A DNA stretch of 64,000 nucleotides, taken from positions 1-64,000 of IMG/VR virus record IMGVR_UViG_3300025853_000057; one strand, written 5' to 3'. The stretch is from a virus. The notes below the pieces were generated by a model. It worked only from the letters and a program-made list of their open reading frames with translations. It did not search any database and was not told where the DNA came from. The stretch's first letter is position 1. Each line of letters starts with the position of its first letter. This document shows positions 49,901 to 57,478 of this stretch, piece after piece. The position numbers were made by a program, and so were the translations under genes.

Positions 49901-51740
49901 CATGACCTGCATATACTGTAGACCTTAATGGATTTTTATATCCAGACCATCCATCTTGAGGATATGCAAATCCTGCTAAAGAAGGAGTTCCTAAGTTATC
50001 AGAACCACTGCTAGTATTTAGATTATTAACAAAAGGAGAGTTTATTAAGTTATAATTCTTTAAGTTAGTAGAAGCAACAGTACCATTAAATGCAAAATCC
50101 ATAGTACTGTCTGCTCTTAAAGATTGTGTAACAAACTTATAAGATACATTAGCTCCTTCACCTCCTATAGTAACTCCATCTTCTTGAAACTTAGATTGGT
50201 GGCTATTCAACCAGTTATCATAGTTTCCTCCAGGTACTAATCCAAAGATAGTGCCTGATTCATCATTATAAGCATTTACTGCATCTTCGTCATCATCTAA
50301 TGCATGAAGAGCAGTTATATCAGCAGGAATGGTAGCATCAAAGTCTTGAAAGCTGCCATCTCTAGAATAAAGTCTACAAAGTTGGGATGAATTAAATCTG
50401 TAGGCTCTAGCCTCATAATCTAAATCAAATGTTCTAGACCTAGTGTTAGCAGGATATAACCTATTTTTCTTTTGTGTAAAGGTTTTAACTCTATCAAAAA
50501 AGATTAAAGGATTTACAAATTCTTCTACACTAATAGCTATTTTATCCTCACCTCCTGTTATAGTAAAAGACATTGAGTCTCCATCAATAGGAAGGTCAAA
50601 CACAGCATTTATAGTAGGTACATTTTCTACTTGATACTGTACTAAAACTACTCTAATAAAATCATATTTTAAGTCAATATGATTAATAGTAGTTTGTATA
50701 GATTTACCTGATATAGTACCTACAGGTGCACCTTCATAGTTAGCATACTGATTAGAAGATATAACAGAATCTGTAAGAGGTACTAATTTACTTACAGGAG
50801 CATAAGCTGTTATAGCACCATCATTACTGTAAAGCTGGTAGGAAATTTGATATGTACCTACTTCTAGTAATCCTCCTGCAAGCACTCCTTCAATAATAGG
50901 AGTACTCATATCTACTGAAGGCTTCCAATCTAAAAGCTCTTTAGGAACAGCAGGACATTGAGGATTATAAACATTTAATGCTCTAGGATGATTATAATTA
51001 TCAGTCCAATAGAAAGTACCTCGTAAGGAAGACTCTTTTCTGCCTAGTGCTTCTCTATAAACCTCATGGGCTAAAGAAAAATCTAAAATGTTGTTATATT
51101 TTAAATGCTCAGATGCAACCAAAGAAGTACCTGATGCCCCTATAATAGATTCTGTAGAATCATCGTACTGCAATACCCATACTTGGCCAGCAGTATTAGA
51201 AGGTGTTTCAGATGTATTGGTATTACTTGTAGTAAGAAGAATAATTTCTTCTTCTAAGGTTCCCCATCCTATAATGGAAAGATTAGATTGTGCAGTTACT
51301 ACAGTAGCTACTGCTAAACTTCCTGAAGTTACAGAAGGGCTAGGATTTAAAGAATATCCTTGTATTACTACTTCTTGAGAGTTATAATAAACTCCATACT
51401 CTCCTGCTGCTATATCTGCTGCTATAGTAGCATTAGCAATTATAGCGTCATAAACATCAATAGGGTCAGTAGTAGCAGCTAAAGAAATATTTACATTAGT
51501 GCCATTTATTACAAGTACTGCATTTGTACTACCAGTAATAGTAATGGAATAAAAAGGCTGAATATCAGGAATACTAAACTCTAGCTTATTTCCTTTATGA
51601 TTAGAAATAATACCAGTAGACTGTCCTGTATTTGTAACTAAATCTATATCTAAAGCATTGAATAAATGCTGGTTATCATTATTAGATATAGATAAATCTT
51701 GGTTTAAACCTTTTATATATGAACTTGTAATCTTAGGCAT
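46980..51740 (-). CDS. Tail stabilisation/muzzle protein (crAss Tstab, P22 gp10-like)
   Basis: KGLNQD start, YWTDNYNHPR, RGEVYRYGVVF, W..Y.....L.LEG.YGPINKI, FESFYTF, RRERTWR; position after the tail tube gene. Confidence 0.8.
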   Translation of the reverse strand: MPKITSSYIKGLNQDLSISNNDNQHLFNALDIDLVTNTGQSTGIISNHKGNKLEFSIPDIQPFYSITITGSTNAVLVINGTNVNISLAATTDPIDVYDAIIANATIAADIAAGEYGVYYNSQEVVIQGYSLNPSPSVTSGSLAVATVVTAQSNLSIIGWGTLEEEIILLTTSNTNTSETPSNTAGQVWVLQYDDSTESIIGASGTSLVASEHLKYNNILDFSLAHEVYREALGRKESSLRGTFYWTDNYNHPRALNVYNPQCPAVPKELLDWKPSVDMSTPIIEGVLAGGLLEVGTYQISYQLYSNDGAITAYAPVSKLVPLTDSVISSNQYANYEGAPVGTISGKSIQTTINHIDLKYDFIRVVLVQYQVENVPTINAVFDLPIDGDSMSFTITGGEDKIAISVEEFVNPLIFFDRVKTFTQKKNRLYPANTRSRTFDLDYEARAYRFNSSQLCRLYSRDGSFQDFDATIPADITALHALDDDEDAVNAYNDESGTIFGLVPGGNYDNWLNSHQSKFQEDGVTIGGEGANVSYKFVTQSLRADSTMDFAFNGTVASTNLKNYNLINSPFVNNLNTSSGSDNLGTPSLAGFAYPQDGWSGYKNPLRSTVYAGHARGEVYRYGVVFYNDKGEESFIKWISDIRIPEPWEAPAGDLDAFDLSEYLDDGAGDKRINTKSIGIEFTFTNLPSDITGFRVVRVERQKKDKTRLGTGALFGALRSRVRINGDKADCLSLASFADSNHNSPVHFINNDFSEGETGLGYIYGVPGEHGDTTAATRVTRENSLGIIKFPELDFNEYQTNDATHIKLLSLYSFSRDLPTVPGPPPGADADTYYTGVNDSTGRELFNQGVCYWADYVDNNTKASGAFLVKYTSVFDNGRNIVTLLNQQEVDIEGIIPSSFSPTMLALDYHHIGIECFKSNADFELSSFGTKSLFCRFGGSCQLPDTPFNNSHIDYPLYNETTKDPYFRIVALCRYNTGQYGGPWRASRYNNEYIAASDFFPIDIVASTQSIKVYNGDIYTSYYDTTLTFFHWKEDYSYPSSGTIASASGLGAIYDPASTRMSALAICFPCETEFNIAYRHGDLWNNEQVFTSDTTATIQNIAAGAAGPEFAKFLAEAPEYNRAYSQENNIKKYFPRPFNFLTDEEHPNWVWVSEEKFDREIQDNWRRYLVNNYLPLEGNYGPINKITNLKERLFTLQDRGVSIVSSQEQTALPDSATGAIFQVGTGTILARYDYLSKEYGCFHQHSVITGPGAVYFFDSRIKRFFRIGESKAGPMLESLSDVKGLSAFFRKKLEGDILDTDKVLLNNGIHGVYDSVYNKAYMTFLNKIAINFDTFSISAGSPTIYTMTNVSPSSIQVLNKGDIFYIGNNVYKVESINQTTLAVSVVSGTITALQNKQAITYKFTIGFNEMLQAFESFYTFTPNLYLPTGKRLLSANPFDTSNSVYLHNEGDYGKFYGKNPTTSEAEFIVNFPDATKLPTFRIDTLEFWTEVFDNNGIDIPLETITGILLYNDYQSTQNSLTLLTPQQNVVRRERTWRINMINDYNSPLPIKPYLRDVYVKIKVFYNNSNNRNFRLNAFNTNVTLSVF

Positions 51741-51750
51741 TATACTAATT

Positions 51751-52695
51751 TTAATAAGCTAATCTACTGCTAAATCCTCCTAAAGTACTGACTCTAGGAT
51801 GATTATACCTTTCTTCTGGATGCTGTAGATTACCAAAGAATCTCTTATGTTCAAATACTTTAGGAAGTGACCTAAGCCTTTGATTTTTGTAAGACTCCCA
51901 TTCATCTAAATTCTTAGGCATCTTACCTTCATTCTTAGCTTTCTGATAATAAAGAGACAGGTATCCTTTAAACTCTTCATACTTACCTTGAGTGTATTTA
52001 TCTGTAAGATATAGCTGAAAAGCTATTTTATTACCTATATACCATGTAACATAATTAATTACAGACTGGTTATCTGGAATCATAGGTAACCCATTTTCAT
52101 CTGTAGGCACAGCTTTATAAGCCATAGCTACTTTGCCCTCTTTGAATGAGGTAAAAATGTAGTTATTGTTTACAGTATAGGTTAAATCAGAGTTCATTCT
52201 GAAATCTATATCTGTACCATGGTATGTTTTATAAAAGGTATTGGTGTCCCAACGCATAGGCATAAAAGTATAGCACTTTTTATCAGAGCTTACTTTATTT
52301 GCATCATTTTGAGAACATACTAAAGAATTACATAAAGAAGTTCCATCTCCTACAGTACAAGTTTGGTCAGTATTATAATCTACATAGACGATACCTGAAA
52401 CTATAGCTTTAGCAGTACTAGGATGTACCTCTACAGCACTAGCAGTTTGAGTGATAGAAAATAAGTCACAAGGAAGCTTTCCTCTACCATCTTCAATGTG
52501 AATAAAATCTTTATGGCCTAATTCTTTGTTACCATCTGTAACTTTATCTACATAGAAGCAAGGAACTTTTAGCTCTCTTAAAGCTTCTCCTATCCATTCT
52601 AAAACATCGTTAAACTGTAAAGTATAGTCCCATCCAAAATCTCTGTACATTTTATCAATAACAGAGCTGGATGAAACCATTAATCCATTGTACAT
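51751..52695 (-). CDS. Tail tubular/ring protein (crAss Ttub-like)
   Basis: EWIGEAL, LPCD, Y.VNNNYI.TSFKEG.V..AYKA.P.DENG.PMIPD. Confidence 0.75.
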   Translation of the reverse strand: MYNGLMVSSSSVIDKMYRDFGWDYTLQFNDVLEWIGEALRELKVPCFYVDKVTDGNKELGHKDFIHIEDGRGKLPCDLFSITQTASAVEVHPSTAKAIVSGIVYVDYNTDQTCTVGDGTSLCNSLVCSQNDANKVSSDKKCYTFMPMRWDTNTFYKTYHGTDIDFRMNSDLTYTVNNNYIFTSFKEGKVAMAYKAVPTDENGLPMIPDNQSVINYVTWYIGNKIAFQLYLTDKYTQGKYEEFKGYLSLYYQKAKNEGKMPKNLDEWESYKNQRLRSLPKVFEHKRFFGNLQHPEERYNHPRVSTLGGFSSRLAY

Positions 52696-52696
52696 A

Positions 52697-52987
52697 TTAT
52701 CCCATGTTTTTAATTACTGAAAGAAGCTTCTTAAGATTTTCAGATTTTTCTTCTTTAACCATATCATCAGGAGGATTATCAGAAGCCATTGCAAAGGTTT
52801 CTACCTTTTTACCATCATACATGTAGTCTGAACCTCCTTCTTTAGGCATTTCTCTGACATCTTTAAATACTAAATAACCCCCATCTTTAAGCTCATAAGT
52901 GCAGATGTGAGTAACAGTATTACCTGTTTTTTCTGTTTTTTCTACTTTAGTTTTGTAGTAACATTCGCTTATGTGTGACATAATCAA
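52697..52987 (-). CDS. Hypothetical protein
   Basis: Tightly packed ORF in the structural operon. Confidence 0.5.
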   Translation of the reverse strand: MIMSHISECYYKTKVEKTEKTGNTVTHICTYELKDGGYLVFKDVREMPKEGGSDYMYDGKKVETFAMASDNPPDDMVKEEKSENLKKLLSVIKNMG

Positions 52988-53517
52988 TAATTTATTTCAA
53001 AATAATCAACTTCTATGTTATTCTTTAAGATATAACTTAGATGTCTGTCCAGTTTTCTAACTGGGTTAAACTTATATACGGATTTATTTTTAAAAGGTTG
53101 TTTTCTTTTGTCCCATACAAACTTATACAAATATCCTTTAGTGTGTTTGTTCAAATGGTACACTTTTCTTTTTTCTTCTTTAGCTTCAGGGTCAGATTGC
53201 CAAAGTTTTAAAGTATTAGCCCAGTCTATTCTTATATGACTCTTCCTAATGTCTAAATCTCCGTTAGGTTTAAACTTTACTTTAGGCTTGTATTTCTTTA
53301 CAAAAATGCTGCCTATCTTAGGAAAACTTAATATGTAAGTGTTATAGAGTATACGTTCTGTAAGAGTCTCTATAACTCCTTTATTGTCTTTAGAGCTAAA
53401 TAAAAATTTGACATAAGTTTTGTAATCTACAGGATTTTCAGTAGTACTCCTATAGTACTTATAAATATCCTTAGTGATATAATCTTTTGGTATTTTAACT
53501 TTTCCTCTTTTGAACAT
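52984..53517 (-). CDS. IHF/HU-like basic DNA-binding protein (crAss IHF-like family)
   Basis: FPKIGSIFVKK, IDWANTLKLW, YHLN.HT.GY.YKF.W; very basic. Confidence 0.65.
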   Translation of the reverse strand: MFKRGKVKIPKDYITKDIYKYYRSTTENPVDYKTYVKFLFSSKDNKGVIETLTERILYNTYILSFPKIGSIFVKKYKPKVKFKPNGDLDIRKSHIRIDWANTLKLWQSDPEAKEEKRKVYHLNKHTKGYLYKFVWDKRKQPFKNKSVYKFNPVRKLDRHLSYILKNNIEVDYFEINY

Positions 53518-53527
53518 GTATTATAGT

Positions 53528-54241
53528 TTAAGCTTTACCTCCTGGAGGCATAGGGTCTATTCTATTATCCTGAGCATCATTAGAATTATCTTCTGGAGTA
53601 CTTAGTTTAATGTTTAAGTCAGTAGCTAATATATCTTTTTTACAGTAATCCCAAAGTCTCTCCTCTAAAGGAAACTGTGCATCAGGACTCCAACAAGGGT
53701 TATTATCACAAGATATGAATTTAGCTGCATCTCTAGGGTCTCTAAAGATGCCTCTAACTGTAATCTTTTCAAGTAGGGGGTATTCTATTGTATTTTTAGA
53801 AATAAGATACAAATAGTCATTGTACAAAAACACTCCTACAGATTCTCTATCATATCTACCATTGCCAAAAAACTCTGCTCTTCTGTAGGGGATAACATTG
53901 AAAGGTAAATTAATAACTCCTACTGGAGACACTTTATCAATAAGCTCTCCATCAGATAGATTTAAGAAAGAAGGCAAGGGGTTTTCAGTTCTAAGAATAA
54001 GGCATCCTGTAGATACCTCACAACACTCTGCTTGGTCTACTAGTTTTACAGGTACACAACTAAGTGTTTGATAGTATAAATTAGGTATAGATTTATTAAA
54101 TCTATTGTAGGTATTTTCAAACCACTTTACTCTCTTATTGATAATAAATTCATCAATAATACGATAGTCTAGTTTGCTATCATCACTATATTGATTAATA
54201 AGCTCTAGTAGCTCAAATCTAAGCTCGTTTAATGTTTTCAT
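53528..54241 (-). CDS. Tail ring/adaptor structural protein
   Basis: YQTLSCV....D..ECC...GC..LRT..PLP, F.DP, FPLEE; crAss structural gene order. Confidence 0.6.
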   Translation of the reverse strand: MKTLNELRFELLELINQYSDDSKLDYRIIDEFIINKRVKWFENTYNRFNKSIPNLYYQTLSCVPVKLVDQAECCEVSTGCLILRTENPLPSFLNLSDGELIDKVSPVGVINLPFNVIPYRRAEFFGNGRYDRESVGVFLYNDYLYLISKNTIEYPLLEKITVRGIFRDPRDAAKFISCDNNPCWSPDAQFPLEERLWDYCKKDILATDLNIKLSTPEDNSNDAQDNRIDPMPPGGKA

Positions 54242-55398
54242 TATATATGTACTAATAAGTTAGCAGCTAATCCTTTTTCCTTGGTAAATATATAGCTTTC
54301 TGCTGTTTTAGGAACACCTAAGTAACCACACTCATGCTCCCATTTACCTGTATCAGATAAAGCTCTTAAAAAAGACACAGTACATCCTTTTAAGTCTAAG
54401 GATGTTCTATGTTGATAAGTTTCTTTATGATGTATATCTCCACAAAAATGATGGATATAATCTATATCAGGCATCTGAAATTTATTCTCAATCATAATTA
54501 CAGAAGGCAATTCTCTAATATAGTTTTTCTCCTTATCTCCATGGCTAAAGCCTAGTAGGTTAGAACCATAGGTAATATACTTCCTAGACTTAGTAGTATC
54601 ATCAACACATACAGCACCATTATTTTCATAGGTAGCTTTTAGCATCTGCCCTAAATAGAAAAGTTTATCTGCATCATGGTTGCTCATTACCATTACTACA
54701 TGCACATTGCAGTACTTAGCTGCTTTATCTATACATCTTCTAATAGTATGGTAACCTTGAATAAAACTCTTTTTCCAAAAAGGATTAGAGTCTTGTGGAG
54801 TACCTTTTACTGTAGTATTACGACCATCATTAGCATTAAAGAAATCATTACCTACAGGAAATATAAGCAGCTCAGGATTGTAAACTAAGCTTTGTGCTAA
54901 CAGTTTATCAAAAGCATCTTCAAAAGTACTACAGTTATCTTCTACAGAACCTTTAGGATTAGTTTCATCTACCAATACTAACTTATCAATATGAGCATCA
55001 TACAGGTTAATAACAGCTACACTATCTCCTTTGTTAGGCTTTATCTTAGGATTATGTGTAGGTATTTCATAAGATGATACTACTTCTCTAAAATCTTCTA
55101 ATAAGCTTTCTTTGTTGTTATACCACTGCTTCTTAGTATTTACGCTAAATCTCTTTTCTCCTTTAAAGTTTTGCCAGAATTTAACTGTATCAATATCATC
55201 TAGTTTAAGACCATTTTCTTTAATAAATGTTTTGAATTCAGATAGAGTTTCTTCTGCCTCATCTACATTAATGGTTTTTGCTACTGCTTTTACCTCTTCT
55301 ACTGTACAGTTATGCCTTTCTGCAAACCTTTTCCATTTACAGTTCTTTAAATAAGAAGGGTAAAGTTCTAGTAGAGTTTTAATTTTGTTCGAATCCAT
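54241..55398 (-). CDS. Calcineurin-like metallophosphoesterase
   Basis: DAHID, GNDFFN, SNHD, FSHGD, GDIHH metal-binding motifs. Confidence 0.8.
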   Translation of the reverse strand: MDSNKIKTLLELYPSYLKNCKWKRFAERHNCTVEEVKAVAKTINVDEAEETLSEFKTFIKENGLKLDDIDTVKFWQNFKGEKRFSVNTKKQWYNNKESLLEDFREVVSSYEIPTHNPKIKPNKGDSVAVINLYDAHIDKLVLVDETNPKGSVEDNCSTFEDAFDKLLAQSLVYNPELLIFPVGNDFFNANDGRNTTVKGTPQDSNPFWKKSFIQGYHTIRRCIDKAAKYCNVHVVMVMSNHDADKLFYLGQMLKATYENNGAVCVDDTTKSRKYITYGSNLLGFSHGDKEKNYIRELPSVIMIENKFQMPDIDYIHHFCGDIHHKETYQHRTSLDLKGCTVSFLRALSDTGKWEHECGYLGVPKTAESYIFTKEKGLAANLLVHI

Positions 55399-55409
55399 TG
55401 TTAATATGT

Positions 55410-55838
55410 TTAGTTAACAGCTACAATAACAAGTGATGTGAGAGCTATTGTAGCTACAGCACCTCCTAAAAAAGAAAAAAACCTACTTCTTTTGTTCTTT
55501 TTTCGTAGGCTTTGGTTGTCTTCTTCAAGAAGTTCATTTACTTTAATACGTGTATCTAACTGTTTTGTTAGATTTTCATTCTGTTGTATTATATTGTCTA
55601 ATACGTCTTGATACCTGTAGAAAGCTATATCACATAAAGTTAGGCTATATTCTAACGAATCTATAATTATGTCTTTACTTTCTGAGTGTGCAAGCTCTCT
55701 ATTTATCTCTTTAAGTTGAGGATAGGTAATAGCAACTATAGTATCTTCATTCAATAGAATCTCTCTTGGATAACCATTCTGTGAGAAACAGTAAAGACTC
55801 ATTATTAGAAAGATTGTAAACAGAATCAGCTTTTTCAT
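55410..55838 (-). CDS. Putative spanin component (signal peptide, coiled coil, C-terminal TM)
   Basis: Overlaps the 3' end of the i-spanin-like gene in another frame; in the lysis cluster. Confidence 0.5.
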   Translation of the reverse strand: MKKLILFTIFLIMSLYCFSQNGYPREILLNEDTIVAITYPQLKEINRELAHSESKDIIIDSLEYSLTLCDIAFYRYQDVLDNIIQQNENLTKQLDTRIKVNELLEEDNQSLRKKNKRSRFFSFLGGAVATIALTSLVIVAVN

Positions 55839-56094
55839 TACTTTGTTGCTTTATAATTATGATAGACTCTCTAGTAGCTTTTAGCTTATTAAGAGTTTCA
55901 ATTAAAGAGTCTCTTAAACTTATTTCTTGGCGTTTAAGCAGAAAATACTTTTTGTTTAATAGCTGAATAGAATCATTATAGGATTCTATGGTTTTTAAAT
56001 TTTCAGTATTTCTACGTTCTAAGAAGTTAAGATAAAAGCTGATAGCAGCAGTAATTAACAAGACCACTGCTATTTCTAAATGCTTTCTAGTCAT
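55747..56094 (-). CDS. Putative i-spanin (Rz-like)
   Basis: N-terminal TM helix followed by coiled coil; downstream of holin. Confidence 0.55.
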   Translation of the reverse strand: MTRKHLEIAVVLLITAAISFYLNFLERRNTENLKTIESYNDSIQLLNKKYFLLKRQEISLRDSLIETLNKLKATRESIIIIKQQSNEKADSVYNLSNNESLLFLTEWLSKRDSIE

Positions 56095-56216
56095 CTGCCT
56101 TGACCTTTATATTTCTTAGGTCTTTCTTCTTTGGGCCCATATTTACGCTTAGGCTTGTTTACCTTTTTAGCACCAAAAGATACTTTTTGAGAATCATTTT
56201 TAGAATTTTTTGCCAT
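56091..56216 (-). CDS. 41-aa highly basic peptide ending KKYKGQGR (not in ORF track)
   Basis: MAKNSKNDSQKVSFGAKKVNKPKRKYGPKEERPKKYKGQGR; fills the gap; ATGA-coupled to the i-spanin-like gene. Confidence 0.7.
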   Translation of the reverse strand: MAKNSKNDSQKVSFGAKKVNKPKRKYGPKEERPKKYKGQGR

Positions 56217-56237
56217 TGTTGTATTGTTTAGTTTAAC

Positions 56238-56245
56238 CAAATATA
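56238..56245 (-). promoter_or_regulatory. Candidate Bacteroidetes -7 promoter element TATATTTG
   Basis: Matches TAnnTTTG about 20 nt upstream of the small basic ORF. Confidence 0.35.
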
Positions 56246-56249
56246 CAAA

Positions 56250-56702
56250 CTAATCTTCTTTGAAGGACTTTACCTCTGTAAAGATTTTCTTTATACCTCT
56301 AATAAAAGCAAAAATTCTATCTGTAATACCTTTACCTGTGGCCCATTTAATCTTTTCATCTACACTAGAATACTCTATAGAAACAAGTAGAAGACATGCT
56401 AGAGACGTTATTAAATGTTCTTTAGGAAAATACATCATTACTGTTTCATTTAAGACTAGAGAATCTAAGATATAAGTAAACAAGAGGGCTATTGAATAAG
56501 CTATGATTTTATTAGTTAGTCCTATTCTAGTCTTTTTGCTAGTAATAAGCTCTCCTTTTTTCTTAGCATACCATCTGCCTACATAGGTATCAATAAGAGT
56601 AGCAAATATCACTACAATAATCAAAGGTACTAAAGGAGCAAAAAAACTTATTAGCATTGAAAAAAAGGATAGAATTGTTGTTTTTAAGTTAAAAGATTCC
56701 AT
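56250..56702 (-). CDS. Phage holin
   Basis: Three hydrophobic segments, IDTYVG, EYSSVDE.I...TG pattern; directly after the endolysin; ATG at 56702. Confidence 0.75.
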   Translation of the reverse strand: MESFNLKTTILSFFSMLISFFAPLVPLIIVVIFATLIDTYVGRWYAKKKGELITSKKTRIGLTNKIIAYSIALLFTYILDSLVLNETVMMYFPKEHLITSLACLLLVSIEYSSVDEKIKWATGKGITDRIFAFIRGIKKIFTEVKSFKED

Positions 56703-56713
56703 TTTATTTATAT

Positions 56714-57199
56714 TTATCTTTGAATTTTCCAAGTTGCTTCTTTAGCTGCAATAGCCTCATAAGTTGCTAAATATAGGTCTTTATAAGCATCTTGACTTCG
56801 ACCTACAAAGTTTTTACCTTTGGTTTTACCTGGTAGTAAACACCCGTGTGTATGAGTGTTTTTATTACCAGGGTGTACCATAATCCATTTAAACCCTTCA
56901 ACAGGGTCTAAACAAATACACCCTTTATTAAAGTGCCAAGGATATTTATTCTCATTCTGACCATACCTGCGATAGTGTTTTCCCTGCTTCCTATGCCAAG
57001 GATTATAGGTATAGGCAGGTATTGCAGTATTACCCCATATCTTTCCCTCTCCTTTATCATCAAAATCACCATCACCATTCTTATCCATTAACTCCCTCAC
57101 AGGGTCTTCCAAGATATAACATTGAAACACACCATCAATGTAGAGTTCACTGATGGTGCTTATTTCAGTTTTTTCAACTGCGTATTGTTCAATTTTCAT
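56714..57199 (-). CDS. Putative endolysin, DUF5675-like (L,D-transpeptidase-like fold)
   Basis: TISELYIDG..QCYILED, TAIPA.TY, IMVHPGN...THGCLLPG (His...Cys dyad); adjacent to holin. Confidence 0.7.
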   Translation of the reverse strand: MKIEQYAVEKTEISTISELYIDGVFQCYILEDPVRELMDKNGDGDFDDKGEGKIWGNTAIPAYTYNPWHRKQGKHYRRYGQNENKYPWHFNKGCICLDPVEGFKWIMVHPGNKNTHTHGCLLPGKTKGKNFVGRSQDAYKDLYLATYEAIAAKEATWKIQR

Positions 57200-57464
57200 C
57201 TTGAATTGGCTCTATTGGTTCAGGAGGTGCAGGAGCTACCCAAGGAATAAGGGGCAACTCTTTAACCCATTCAAAGTCAGGGTTGACGCAGTTAGCCATT
57301 TCCTCTACTGAAATAATCCAGTTAGCAGGTTCATTCCCATCTAAGACAGGATTAAAGTAGCTGTTGGGTGCATATTGTTGTCCTACCAGTTGGTCTTTTT
57401 GTTCAGTGGTTAATAAACCAACCCATTTGTTTTCTTCTCCTTCTGGTATTTCATTCAGTTTCAT
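57189..57464 (-). CDS. Small fibre-associated protein (possible chaperone)
   Basis: GLLT.EQKDQL.GQ.YAP.SYFNP..D...WIISVEE...WVKELPLI; follows the fibre gene with the same GC-rich composition. Confidence 0.45.
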   Translation of the reverse strand: MKLNEIPEGEENKWVGLLTTEQKDQLVGQQYAPNSYFNPVLDGNEPANWIISVEEMANCVNPDFEWVKELPLIPWVAPAPPEPIEPIQDEN

Positions 57465-57478
57465 AATCTTAATTTATT

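Noticed and set aside
56700-56732. Holin/antiholin dual-start motif
   Set aside because: The upstream start at 56732 is a TTG inside the endolysin gene; the ATG at 56702 has the A-rich leader and is the likely sole start.
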